64,000 nt of DNA, taken from positions 78,742,001 to 78,806,000 of the forward strand of contig NC_086097.1 of NCBI RefSeq assembly GCF_963921235.1, written 5' to 3'. The position numbers and the translations under genes were made by a program. Shown here piece by piece: positions 1-12,858 of the stretch. The notes beneath the pieces were generated by a model. The model worked only from the letters and a program-made list of their open reading frames with translations. It searched no databases and was not told where the DNA came from. Positions within the stretch are counted from its first letter, which is position 1, and each line of letters opens with the position of its first letter. The stretch is from Mobula hypostoma. Taxonomy: Eukaryota.

Positions 1-861
1 AGGCCCAGGCCAACATAACAAAGAGACAAAATGGATCAGAACAAGCTCTGCCCATGTAATTCCTTTTTCAGCCTTTCACAGGCAGCAGATGTCATTTCAG
101 CTTTACCTGTCAGGGATATTATATGCTTCTGAATTCCCTTACAAAAACTATGATAAATACTTCTTATAAATATTGTATTCCCATTAAATACATCATTCAA
201 AATATTAAAAACTTCAGATGTTTTAAATAAAACATTTAATAAACTATGCAATTTTTTTTAAAATAGTGAATCTACCTTCCCCTTCCCTGTGTTGTCACTG
301 GGGAACATTAGGAAGCTTTTGCTCTGCCATTGATTCTCCATGGTAAGTACAATGAAAGAGCATAGCCAGGAAAAGGTTGTAAAAGCTTAGCCAGTAAGTT
401 TGACATTTCCAAATCCAGGCATGACTCCCAGCACTTATTGGCACCTTCACCTAGAAATGCCAGCAACTCAATGCAGAATTTGAAGCATTCCCCAGCAAAG
501 CCCAGGCCACAAGTTTTCTCGATTTTGATTTTTTTTTTAAATAGTGGTGGGTATGTGGCAATGTCATATGATGAGAAAAGGGCAGTCCAAAATTGATTTC
601 AGTTTGCCTTGACAATACTGCAGCAAACTCAGAATAATCTTTCATGGTTGACTGAAATCTGTCCATTATCAGTTTCTTCAGAAAACCTGAGATTTGAAAT
701 TTGACTTTTTAAAATTAATCTTTAAATAATCACTCAGGATCTTTCAGTACAGTATTCTAACTGCTGATATAAAGGTACAAGGACAGAAATCAATTATTTT
801 CCAATAGTTATCTTTTCAGTTCAAAAAATAAGATAAACCTAGAACATAGTATGGAACTGTG

Positions 862-1326
862 TGTCAAGACACTGGAGCAAGGCTCCAATCGCAGACCCAG
901 TACTGCGCACACAATGATATTAATTGAGTAACAAATCCCAAGGTGGAAACAAAGTCAGCATCAAAGTTCAGGCAGAGATCAAAACATCCAGAGAAATCCA
1001 GAAACAGGAAACAGGCAGAGTCACTATTCAGAAGGACAGAATACAAATTCAAATGCAGGAAAATTCACTGACACAATCTGGCAACAAACAGGTGAAAACA
1101 CAGGACTGAAATACACTGAGCAATAAACAGAGAGGCAGGTGATAGGTGGAGCACAGTGAGACACAGGTGGCTGCAATACAGGTAATAATGAGAAGCAGAT
1201 GAGAGACGGAATACTCAGTAATACAAGGGCTGGAGTAGAGCAGGAGTACATGGCAATACAAAACCACAGACTGACAGCTAGGGGGGATACACACAAAAAG
1301 ACAGAATTCAACTGGAGGTACTGGCA
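862..1326 (-). mobile_element. Solo LTR, probably Gypsy (Sushi-like)
   Basis: Starts TGTCA, ends TGGCA; flanks CTGTG / CTGTA are a near-perfect 5-bp TSD; no internal sequence on either side. Orientation and family are inferred from the minus-strand layout. Confidence 0.65.
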
Positions 1327-1859
1327 CTGTAATGGTTAGATGTTAAGAGAAGATCTGACTAATAAGATGACCTAAATTACTTCTAATTAATACTAATTTA
1401 GTGACTTACATTGTAATTAGAATTCTATCTTAAACTATTGGAAGTAAAAAATGAAATTGATCATATAACTATTAAATTGTCATTAACTAACGAGCTTTTA
1501 AAAACAAAATTTGAATCCTCCCCAGGTCTGAGTTGTATGTAACTCAGTGGTTGTCTCAACTGCCCTCTGATGTGGTTGAATTGTCTCAGGTAAAACTAGT
1601 GATGATTAATAATGCTGGTGCAGCCAACAATATTATAGTTATATCATGAGAATTTTATTTTAAATTATGTCACAAGCTCTGGATCCCAACAAAGCAACAC
1701 CTGACCCAGTGCTGGGAGATCTAGATTCTCTCAATCTCTCATTAATATGAACCCAGGAACATTACATCAGGACCTAGATAAATTTGTAATTAAATTGAAG
1801 CATAACTGTTCAGCTTTTCTCTAAAGGAGCCCATATTACAGTAAGTAGACAAATGGGAT

Positions 1860-2105
1860 AGTAGTATAACCCGGCCATGGACAGTCCCAGGCCTGACTGT
1901 GAACTGAGGAGGGTTCACTTGGGGCTAGCAACCCCATCACATAAGAAACTAAATCTACAGAAATGCCAGCAGAAGCTCCAAAGACTTCATCCCTGGGAAA
2001 GGAAGGATGCACAAAGATGATGGGAAATTTGAAAGAATGGCCAGGACAGAAGACTCTGTCGAGCAGCTGTCAGCTCCAGTTGGGATGATGTGCTTAAGAA
2101 GAAGA
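1860..2105 (+). mobile_element. Possible short non-autonomous RTE-related element
   Basis: GGAGGGTT...GGGGCTAGCAACCCC resembles an RTE 5' region and the end (GCTTAAGAAGAAGA) an RTE 3' tail; from memory only. Confidence 0.3.
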
Positions 2106-2489
2106 CAACAACTAGCAGTAACCTAAACAACACCAGTACTGCATTCCTTTTACTAATATTTATTTGTCAGTAAAAACGTCTAATATTTTTTCAGATTGGA
2201 ATATGAAAGAATGACACCAGTTTTTACTTACTGTGAAATTTTCTGATAACCTAACCCTTACACTGAAAGTTCATCAGCATCAGTTCCACAGGTGAACAGA
2301 TTTCGAGGGAAAAACAGAAATATACAGTTCCATGTTTGCCTGACTGATGAGCCTGGAATTCCAAACTCTTAAAATCTACCTTCAAAGAAAGAACGCTTTC
2401 TATGTATTACTATTTAAAGTAGTCACTGGGTCCAAGTGTAGTTTGGATTAAAGTTTATGCCTGCCGTGATACTTCTGAACATCTTAAAC

Positions 2490-2850
2490 TCAGAAGTGTG
2501 GAATGTCTCATTAGTAGAGCAGATATGATGAAGGATAAGAAATCGGAGAATGGAACAGAGTCCTTACAAGGTGAGGGTGAGTGTAGGTGAGATACCTATG
2601 AAGGTTCGTAGGCTTATAACAGATATTAATAGGATGCTAATCTATTCCCTGAGATGAAGATGAAATTACCAATGACAAGAAGGAGAATAATTAGAAACAG
2701 ACTGTGAAATATAAAGCATGATGGAAATTGACAGCAAAGTTAATGAAGCTCTGTACAAGTGCAGGAAGCAACACTAATACAACAATGTAACAGGAACACA
2801 GTCATTGGGAGGGGCCTGTCCCATGTATTGTAGAGTGGGACCACAAGAAT
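2490..2850 (-). mobile_element. Degenerate Penelope RT fragment
   Basis: GTAGGCTTATAACAGATAT and flanks resemble the YYKPTDSH-coding region of the Penelope element near 11690-11715. Confidence 0.4.
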
Positions 2851-2992
2851 TCACACATACTTAACTTTCATTTGCAGAATTTGAATGCAGCAGAGGGCAA
2901 TTTATTCATAATAAGATTGAGTTCAGCCACAAAAAAAAAGTGAAATTCATCAAACCATCTTGGTACAGATTGGGGATGCAGAGGAATTAGAT

Positions 2993-3288
2993 GAATTGAA
3001 TTGAATTGATTTTATTACTTGCATCCTTCATATACGTGAGGAGTAAAAACCTTTATGTTACGTTTCTGTCTAAATGTGCAATTTATAGTAATTTATAATA
3101 AATAGTACATACAACAGGACAGTCAATATAACATAGAAATACAATTGTATCAGCATGAATTAATCAGTCTGATGGCCTGGTGGAAAAAACTGTCCCAGAG
3201 CTTATTGGTCCTGGCTTTTATGCTATAGTACTGTTTCCTGGATGGTAGCAGCTGGAACAGTTTGTGATTGGAGTGACTCAGGTCCCCA
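2993..3288 (-). mobile_element. Rex1/Babar-type LINE 3' end
   Basis: ORF ends ...IKARTNKLWDSFFHQAIRLIN, a typical Rex1 RT C-terminus; (GAATT)n tail on the plus strand. Confidence 0.75.
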
Positions 3289-3786
3289 GTGGAGGAGCAG
3301 CAGATCAGTACTGAGTGTATAGACATGTTAGGGTGTTTAGAAGTCAAGATGGATGAAGTGTTGGGCCTCCCAATGAGTATTAATGTGGACAAGTCCCCAG
3401 GGCCTGATGGGATTTACCCCAGGTTCTTGAAGGAAGCAAGAAATGAGATTGCTGGGCCTTTGAGCAGTATCTTTTTGTCCTCTCTAGCCAGAGGGGAGGT
3501 CCCAGAGGACTGGTGAGTGGCTAATGTTGTACCTCTATTTAAGAAGGGAACATGGAACAATACTGGGAACTATAGACCGGTGAGTCTCACATCAGTTGTA
3601 GGGAAATTGCTGGAGAAAATTCTTAGTGATAGGATATATGAGCATTTGGGAACCCATGGCCTAATTAGGGAGAACCAGCATGCCTTAGTGTGTAGCAGGT
3701 CATGCCTTATCAACTTGACTGAGTTTTTTGGCAAGGTGACAAGAGAGATTGTTGAGGGTAGGTCAGGGGATATTGTCTACATGGAC
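3289..3786 (+). mobile_element. CR1 LINE ORF2 fragment
   Basis: KSPGPDGIYPRFLKE, ANVVPLFKKG, NYRPVSLTSVVGKLLE motifs; in-frame stop at 3514-3516. Confidence 0.9.
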
Positions 3787-3886
3787 AACATATGTGGCCT
3801 AACCAGAGTTTATAAAGTTGCAATATAACCACCTGACCTTTGAACTCAGTGCCTCAACTAACAAAAGCAAGCATTCCATAAGCCTT

Positions 3887-5080
3887 CTAAATGTGTAATG
3901 TGCAATTTATAGTAATTTGTAATAAAATAGTATGTACAACAGGACAGTCAATATAACATATAAGTATAATTGTATCAGCATGAATTAATCGGTCTGATGG
4001 CCCAGTAGGAGAAGGTGTCCCAGAGCCTGTTGGTCCTGGCTTTTATGCTGCAGTACTGTTTCCTGGACAGTAGCAGCTGAAACAGTTTGTGGTTGGGGTG
4101 ACTTTTCTTCAGCTGTCTGAGGTGAAAGACGCATTGTGCTTTTTTCACCACACAGCCAGTATATACAAACCTCGTGAGATCCTCCTGATGTGTATGCCGA
4201 AGAACTTAAAGCTGTTCACCCTCTCAACCCAGATCCATTGACGTCAATAGGGGTTAGCCTATCACCATTCCTCCTGTAGTCCACAACCAGCTCCTTTGTT
4301 TTTGCGACATTGAGGGAGAGGTTGTTTTCTTGACACCACTGCGTCAGGGTGATGACTTCTTCTCTGTAGACTGCCTCGTTATTATTTGAGATTAGGCCAA
4401 TCAATGTAGTATCGTCAGCAAATTTAATTAGCAGATTCTAGCTGTGGGTGGCATCACAGTCATGGCTGTACAGAGAGTAAAGGAGGGGGCTCAGGACGCA
4501 ACCCTGGGGGCACCTGTGTTGAGGGTGAGAGAGATAGAGGTGAGGGAGCCCACACTTGCCACCTGCAGGCGATCTGACAGGAAGTCCAGGTTCCAGCTGC
4601 ACAAGGCAGGGTGAAGGCCAAAGTCTCTGTGTTTCTTGTCGACCCTGGAAGGAATTATGGTGTTGAATACTGAACTGTAGTCCAGGAACAGCATTCTCAC
4701 ATAAGTATCCTTCTTCTCCAGATGTGTAAGGAAGGCATGTAGAGCCGTGGCTATTGCGTCATCTGTCCATTGGTTGTGTCGATAGGTAAATTGTAGGGGG
4801 TCCAGTGTGGGTGACAGCCTGCTGCAGATGTAATCCAGTCTCTCAAAGCATTTGCTTATTATTGAGGTGAGTGCGACAGGACGCCAGTCGTTCAGACATG
4901 TTACCTTGGTATTTTTAGGTACAGGGACAATGGTGGAAGTTTTGAAGCAGGAAGGCACTCTACACTGGGAGAGGGAGAGATTAAAAATGTCTGTAAACAT
5001 ACCTTCCAGCTGTGCTGAGCACATCCTGAGAACCTGCCCTGGGATGCTGTCCGGTCCCGCAGCCTTGCGACTGTCCACTC
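3887..5080 (-). mobile_element. Rex1/Babar-type LINE RT fragment
   Basis: [53 protein letters not shown] motifs; frameshifted. Confidence 0.88.
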
Positions 5081-5149
5081 ATTGAAAACATCTGCATTCT
5101 TCAGCCTCAGAACATAACAACGGACACTTTCAAAGTGGCAGAGATGATC

Positions 5150-8100
5150 AGAAGTTCAAAGGTCAAAGAAAATTTATTATCAAATTACATGTATGTCACC
5201 ATACACAACCCTGAGATTAATTTTCTTGCAGGCATACTCTGTAAACCCATAATAGAAAAATAACCATAATAGATAGAATCAATGAAAGTCTGCACCAACT
5301 TGAGGGTTTACCAGCGTGCAAAAGACAACAAACTGTGGGAGTACAAAAAGAAAGAAATAATAATAGTAAATAAATAAGCAATAAAAGTTGAGAACATGAA
5401 ATAAAGAGTCCTTGAGAGTGAGTCCATAGGTTATGGGAACAGTTCAGTGATGGGACAAGTGAATTTGAGTGAAGTTATTCCCTTTGATTCAAGAGCCTAA
5501 TGATTGAGGGGTAATAACTGTTCCTGAACCTGGTGGTTTGAGGCTCCTGTACCTTCTTCCTGATAGCAGTAGCAAAAAGAGAGCATGACCTGGTGGTGGT
5601 GGTTCCTAATGATGGATGTTGTTTTCCTGCAACAACACTCTCTGTAGATGTGCTCAACAGTGGGGAGGGCTTTACCTGCAATACACTGGGCCATATACAC
5701 TACTTTTTGAAGTATTCTCCATTCAAGAGCATTGCATATCAGGCTATTGTTCAGCAGATCAATATACTCTCCACCAAACAGAAGTTTTAGATGTCACACT
5801 GAATCTTCGCAAACTCCTAAGGAAGTAGAAGTCCTGCCATGCTTTCTTTGTAGTTGCCCAGGACAGGTCCTCTGAACTCATAACACTGAGGAATTTAAAG
5901 TTGCTGACCCTCTCCACCTCTGATCCTCCAATCAGGATTGGCTCATGGACCCCTGGTTTCCTCTTCTTGAAGACAATAATCAGCCTCTTGGTGTTGCTGA
6001 CATTGAGTAAGAGGTTGTAGTTATGGCACCACTCAGCCAGATTTCAATCTCCTTCCACTCTGCTGATTCACCACCACCTTGATAATTCTGTCATCAGCAA
6101 ACTTGAGTATGGTAATGGAGCTTCGCTTAGCTACACAGTCGTAACTGTAAAATGAGTAGAGCAGGAGCGTAAGCACACAGCCTTGTGGTGCATCTGTGCT
6201 GATGCAGTGTGTGGAGGAGACGGTGTTGCCAATCTGAATTGACTGGGCTACACACACAAAATACTGGAGGAACTCAGCAGGGCAGACAGCACCTATGGAA
6301 AAAAAGTGCAGTCAACAGTTCTGGCTGAGATGGCTGGCCTGCTGAGTTCCTACAGCATTTTGTGTGTGTTGCTTGGATTTCCAGCATCTGTAGATTTTCT
6401 CTTGTTTGCGAACTGGCTGGAGTCTGCAAGTGAGGAAATTAATTGTACAGGGAGGTATTGAGGCCAAGGTCTTAAAGTTTATTGATAACTTTGAGGTGGA
6501 TGATGGTATTGAAAGTCGAGCTGTAGTCAATAAAGAGCACACTGATGTAGGTGTCTTTGCTGTCCAAATATTCCAGAGTTAAGCGAAGAGCCAATGAAAT
6601 GGCATCTGCTGTGGACCTGTTGTGCTGGTAGGCAAATTGGAGTGGATCCCAACTCACTTCTCTGGCAGGAGTTGATATGTTACATCACCAACCCACTGGT
6701 TGATAGTCATTGAGGCAGATTACCATGTAATTTTTAGGCCCCAGTATAACTGAAGCCTGCTTAAAGCAGGTAGGTACCCCAGAATGCCAAAGTGAGAGCT
6801 TAAAGATATCAGTGACACTCCAGCCAGTTGATCAGCACAGGCCTTGAGTGCTCGGCCAGGTACCCCGTCCATCTGGGCTGGATGTTTTTCATGGATTCAT
6901 CCTCCTGAAGGCTGCTCAACATCGGCCTCAGAGACTGAAATCACAGGATCATCGGGATCCTGCGTGAGTTCGTGATAGTTCTACTTTGACGGTTAAAGTG
7001 AGCATAGAAGGCATTGAGCTCATCTGGAAGCAAAGTCCTGTTTTCGCCTATGCTGCTTGATTTTACTTTATAAGAGGTGAAAACATTCCAACCATGCCGC
7101 AATTGTCAAGCGTCCTTCATTGATTCAAGTTTAGTCCAGAATTGCCTCTTTGCCCATGAAATGGCCTTCCAGAAATGGTACCTGGATTTCTTGTAATTTT
7201 CTTGGTCACCAGACCTGAATCCCACTGATCTAGCCCTCAACAGATTGTGGATCTCATGGTTCATCCAGGGCTCCTGGTTGAGGAAGGCTCTGAATGATTT
7301 TATGGGGACATTTTCATCTATAACTGTTTTTATAAAGTCCATGTCAACCATGCTGTATTCATTCAGATCCACAAATGAGTCTTGAACACAGCCCAGTCCA
7401 CCAACTTGAAGCAATCCCATAGCCACTCCTCTACCTCCTGTGACCAACTCTTTGTTGTCCTAATCTCTGGAGTTTTGCTCTTTAGTCTCTGCTTGTATAC
7501 AGGGTAGCAGAAAGACAGCCAAGTGATCAGATTTACCGAAATGCAGTCTGAGCATGGAATAGTAGGTTTTCTTTATCTTAGTATAGTCTAGTGTGTTGGG
7601 GTCTCTGGTGCTAAAGTTTATACACTGATGGTATTTGAACAGGGTTTTCTTCAATCAAGCCTGGTTGATGTCCCCAGCTATGTTTTGAAATGCATCAGAA
7701 TGGATTATTTCTTGTTTGGAGAAGGCATTATACAGTATTTCAAGTGCTTGATTATAGTTAGCTTCTGGTAGTATGTAATCTCCTGTGAGGATCACAGATA
7801 AGTATTCCCTAGGTAACTAGAATGGGTGGCATTTGATTGTTATGTGTTCAAGATCAGGGGAACACAAGTTTGACAAAACTGCCACATCAGAGCATCACTG
7901 AGAATTTGTCATGAAACACACACCTGCACCTTTTGCCTCTTCCAAATCAGCAGTTCAGTCCATTTTGTGAATTGAGAAGCCTATAGGTCTGATCGCAATA
8001 TCTGGCATGCTGGGAGTAAACCATGTCTCAGTCAAACATAGAATACAACAATCTCTCATTTCCCTCCGATATAGCAATCTTGCCCTAGGTCGTCAATTCT

Positions 8101-8440
8101 GTTCTCCAGCGACTGCACATTTGCTAACAAGATGCTGGGTAAAAGGGTCTCATTCCATTGTGTTTCAGCCTGGCTTGGAGATCCCCTTCCTGCCTTACTT
8201 CCAGCAATGGTGATGAACCTTCGTCCGCTTCAGGTTGCCGTATCTGCTTGCTTGAGAGGTAAGTCCGTCAAGTCCTTCAAAAGATTGTGAAATCTGTAGT
8301 ACATTAAGTAATTTCAAAAGTACATTGCTCAAAGGGAAATTACATGCTGTAGAATGCAGTGAGAATAATTCAAGAGGTATATTTGGAAGTTTTGTATGTA
8401 GCCTGCAGAACATCGCCATTGTTCAGCGATGCCATCTTGA
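5150..8440 (-). mobile_element. Near full-length, decayed Rex1/Babar-type LINE (endonuclease + RT)
   Basis: Fragments in order: endonuclease end (HFGKSDHLAVFL), [24 protein letters not shown]...KFADD, TTRFRNSYYPSIIRLLN; (TTTGAAC)-type 3' tail near 5150. Boundaries approximate. Confidence 0.8.
6250..6408. repeat. Inverted-repeat element made of two Penelope-type termini, nested in the Rex LINE
   Basis: CACACACAAAATACTGGAGGAACTCAGCAGG at 6251 is the near reverse complement of CCTGCTGAGTTCCTACAGCATTTTGTGTGTG at 6338-6368; resembles the terminus of the 10387 element. Confidence 0.7.
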
Positions 8441-9279
8441 TTAACCATTGATTTGAGTAGGAAATGACAGTAAAATAGACAAGGAAGCAATTTCTGTGGG
8501 GCATAGGCTGTAGAAATACTGGATCTACCAGAAGAATCCTGCTTTTAGGTTTTGGGGAGAAAGTGGAAGGGAGCTGTGCAATGCTAAGAGACTGGAAGCT
8601 GTGAAAGAAGTTATCCTAATTAGATTATTGATTTTCTGGGAGACTATGACCAGATCATCATGGGCTCAGGATTCAAAGAGAGGCATGAGAAAGCATCTGA
8701 AAGCTTTCACCTCCTGCAGGGTTCAGATCTGTTTGCCAAAACACAACAGTGACAACTTCGTCAATTGGTTTGGTGACAATGTTAGGGTCAGTGTCTTTTT
8801 ACCAAGTATCCCTAACAGGACATGAATATGTTTGTGGAACAAGTCAATAAGTAGCAGATGAAACTTTACACAGTGAAGGGTGAGGTGATATATTCTGGCA
8901 GAAGATATGAGGAGAGGTAATGTGGCCTTCAAGGCCTAGTTTATAAAATATGCAGCATCAGAGGACCTGGAGACAAATTGAAGTTGGAATGATAATTGAA
9001 AGGTTGAATGCTAAGCAAGCTGAATTTTGACCATCTATAATTGGTATTCAGAAATTTTGTCAGAATTCAAATAATAGATGCTGTTCTGTGCATCACAAAA
9101 AGTCCCACTATTAAAAAACACTCAGTGACATTTTGATTTAATAGGACAGCTATTTCATTTTGTTTCCTCTTGACAAGAAAAAATTGCTTCTCAGAGGTGA
9201 CATCAAACATATATACTGTACATCTTTTCTATTTGAGGTTGAGCTTGTGCTTAAATATCTCATCCATTGACTATTAAAT

Positions 9280-10222
9280 GTATAAATCAGTGTGTAGGAG
9301 AGAGATCGAAATTCTAGCTGAGTGGTGCCACAGCAACATCCTCCTACTCAACGTCAGCAGACCAAAGAGCTGAAGATTGACCAGGAGAAGGAAACCAGGG
9401 GTCCAAAAGCCAGCCCTCTTCGGAGAATCAAAGGTGGAGAGGGTCAGCCATTTTAAATTCTTTAGGTTACTATTTTGGAGGAACTGTCCTACGTCCAGCA
9501 CATAACTGCAATTATGAAGAAAGCACGGCAGCATCTCTACTTCTTAGCAGTTTGCTAAGATTCGGCATGACATCTCAAACTTGACAAACTTCTATAAATG
9601 TAAGGTAGAGAGCATATTGACTGGCAGCCTCACTGCCTAGAATGGAAACACCAATACCCTTAAATGGAAAATTCTACAAAAAGTAGAGGATATGACCCAG
9701 TCCGTCACAGGTAAAACCCTCCCCACCACTGAGTATATCTGCATGGAGCATTGTTTCAAGAAAGCAGCATCCATCATCAATGACCCCACCACCCATGCCC
9801 TGGTCATGCTCACTTCTTGCTGCTGCCATCAGGAATAAGATACAGACTCCTCAGGGCTCACACCACCAGGTTCAGGAACAGCTATTACCCCTCAACCATC
9901 AGGCTCTTGAACCAGAGGGGATAACTTCACTCAACTTCACTTGCCCCATCATTGAACTGTTCCCACAACCTATGGACTCACTTTCCAACAACTCTTCATC
10001 TCATGTTCTCAGTAATTATTGCTTTTTATCTATTATTTTTTTCTATGTTTTTGTGCTTGCACAGTTTATCTTTTGCACACCAGTTGTCTACCCTGTTTGT
10101 GCAGTCTTTCTTTAATTCTATTATGGTATTAGATTTATTGAGTATGCCCACAAGAAAATGAACCTCAGGGTTGTATCTGGTGACACGTATGTACTTTGGC
10201 AATAAATTTACTTTGAACTTCA
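9280..10222 (+). mobile_element. Rex1/Babar-type LINE 3' portion
   Basis: Same family as 5150-6000 in the opposite orientation (CACCAGGTTCAGGAACAG; ...AATAAATTTACTTTGAACTT tail). Confidence 0.8.
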
Positions 10223-10386
10223 AACTTTCTAGAAGTCCAGTGTTACTATATGTGAAAGCTGTACCGACCAATCATTGCTACTGATCTTGCTTTTCAGGTT
10301 GAGACAGTAAAAACAGTGATGCCACATCAGATTCATAACAGCTTATTTCAATATACAGTGCCAGCAAATGGACAGAAGTAAATCTA

Positions 10387-12525
10387 AACAACAGGAATTC
10401 TGCAGATGCTGGAAATTCAAGCAACATACATCAAAGTTGCTGGTGAACGCAGCAGGCCAAGCAGCATCTATAGGAAGAGGCGCAGTCGACGTTTCAGGCC
10501 GAGACCCTTCGTCAGGACTAACTGAAGGAAGAGTGAGTAAGGGATTTGAAAGCTGGAGGGGGAGGGGGAGATCCAAAATGATAGGAGAAGACAGGAGGGG
10601 GAGGGATAGAGCCGAGAGCTGGACAGGTGATAGGCAAAAGGGGATACGAGAGGATCATGGGACAGGAGGTCCGGGAAGAAAGACGGGGGGGGGGTGACCC
10701 AGAGGATGGGCAAGAGGTATATTCAGAGGGACAGAGGGAGAAAAAGGAGAGTGAGCGAAAGAATGTGTGCATAAAAATGAGTAACAGATGGGGTACGAGG
10801 GGGAGGTGGGGCCTTAGCGGAAGTTAGAGAAGTCGATGTTCATGCCATCAGGTTGGAGGCTACCCAGACGGAATATAATGTGTTGTTCCTCCAACCTGAG
10901 TGTGGCTTCATCTTTACAGTAGAGGAGGCCGTGGATAGACATGTCAGAATGGGAATGGGATGTGGAATTAAAATGTGTGGCCACTGGGAGATCCTGCTTT
11001 CTCTGGCGGACAGAGTGTAGATGTTCAGCAAAGCGGTCTCCCAGTCTGCGTCGGGTCTCACCAATATATAAAAGGCCACATCGGGAGCACCGGACGCAGT
11101 ATATCACCCCAGTCGACTCACAGGTGAAGTGATGCCTCACCTGGAAGGACTGTTTGGGGCCCTGAATGGTGGTAAGGGAGGAAGTGTAAGGGCATGTGTA
11201 GCACTTGTTCCACTTACACGGATAAGTGCCAGGAGAGAGATCAGTGGGGAGGGACGGGGGGGGACGAATGGACAAGGGAGTTGTGCAGGGAGTGATCCCT
11301 GCGGAATGCAGAGAGATGGGGGGGAGGGAAAGATGTGCTTAGTGGTGGGATCCCGTTGGAGGTGGCGGAAGTTACGGAGAATAATATATTGGACCCGGAG
11401 GCTGGTGGGGTGGTAGGTGAGGACCAGGGGAACCCTATTCCTAGTGGGGTGGTGGGAGGATGGAGTGAGAGCAGATGTACGTGAAATGGGGGAGATGTGT
11501 TTAAGAGCAGAGTTGATAGTGGAGGAAGGGAAGCCCCTTTCTTTAAAAAATGAAGACATCTCCCTCGTCCTAGAATGAAAAGCCTCATCCTGAGAGCAGA
11601 TGCGGCGGAGACGGAGGAATTGCGAGAAGGGGATGGCGTTTTTGCAAGAGACAGGGTGAGAAGAGGAATAGTCCAGATAGCTGTGAGAGTCAGTAGGCTT
11701 GTAGTAGACATCAGTGGATAAGCTGTCTCCAGAGACAGAGACAGAAAGATCTAGAAAGGGGAGGGAGGTGTCGGAAATGGACCAGGTAAACTTGAGGGCA
11801 GGGTGAAAGTTGGAGGCAAAGTTAATAAAGTCAACGAGTTCTGCATGCGTGCAGGAAGCAGCGCCAATGCAGTCGTCGATGTAGCGAAGGAAAAGTGGGG
11901 GACAGATACCAGAATAGGCACGGAACATAGATTGTTCCACAAACCCAACAAAAAGGCAGGCATAGCTAGGACCCATACGGGTGCCCATAGCTACACCTTT
12001 AGTTTGGAGGAAATGGGAGGAGCAAAAGGAGAAATTATTAAGAGTAAGGACTAATTCCGCTAGACGGAGCAGAGTGGTGGTAGTGGGGAACTGATTAGGT
12101 CTGGAATCCAAAAAGAAGCGTAGAGCTTTGAGACCTTCCTGATGGGGGATGGAAGTATATAAGGACTGGACATCCATGGTGAAAATAAAGCGGTGGGGGC
12201 CAGGGAACTTAAAATCATCGAAAAGTTTAAGAGCGTGAGAAGTGTCATGAACATAGGTCGGAAGGGATTGAACAAGGGGTGATAAAACCGTGTCGAGGTA
12301 TGCAGAAACGAGTTTGGTGGGGCAGGAGCAAGCTGAGACAATAGGTCGGCCAGGACAGGCAGGTTTGTGGATCTTGGGTAGGAGGTAGAAACGGGAAGTG
12401 TGGGGTGTGGGAACTATAAGGTTGGTAGCAGTGGATGGGAGATCCCCTGAGCGGATAAAGTCGGTGATGGTGTGGGAGACAATGGCCTGGTGCTCCTTAG
12501 TGGGGTCACGATCGAGGGGTAAATA
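10387..12525 (-). mobile_element. Penelope-like element (RT + GIY-YIG endonuclease), 5'-truncated, relatively young
   Basis: RT ORF 11137-12177 (DVQSLYTSIP, QTKGVAMG, RYIDD, YYKPTD); GIY-YIG ORF 10814-11275 (VIYCVRC...YIGET...RFAEH); one frameshift near 11320; flanked by direct repeat AGAAGTAAATCTA at 10374-10386 and 12526-12538. Confidence 0.95.
10484..10519 (-). ncRNA. Minimal type I hammerhead ribozyme in the Penelope terminus
   Basis: Minus strand reads AGTC-CTGACGA-AGG gtctcgg CCT-GAAA-C-GTC-GACT: CUGANGA and GAAA cores, stem I AGTC/GACT, stem II AGG/CCT, GUC cleavage triplet, vestigial stem III. Confidence 0.75.
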
Positions 12526-12858
12526 AGAAGTAAATCTACTCAGCTTTTGACACCTTTTAACAAGTGGTACATGCAGAACCTGCGAAATAATAGAAACAAT
12601 TGGGAAAATACAAGAGAGTTCTCTTCACTACTACCAATTTGAATACGGCGCAAAAGTTCTTGGAAAGTGTCCAGATTTGTGTTTATTTTCAATTTTCTAT
12701 TTTTCTTTGACTTATAAAGGTATATTGACCATACAGAACTATATAAAATCATAAGAGGCATACTGTAGATAAGGTGAATGGTCACTGTCTTTTACCCATG
12801 GTAGGGGAGGGTGAAACTAGAGACATAGACTTAAGGTGAGAGGGGAAAGGTTTAAAGG

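Noticed and set aside
3070..4104. Two similar ~215-bp blocks flanking a CR1 fragment, read as LTRs or a TSD
   Set aside because: Both are diverged Rex1-type 3' ends; no TG...CA termini, PBS or PPT.
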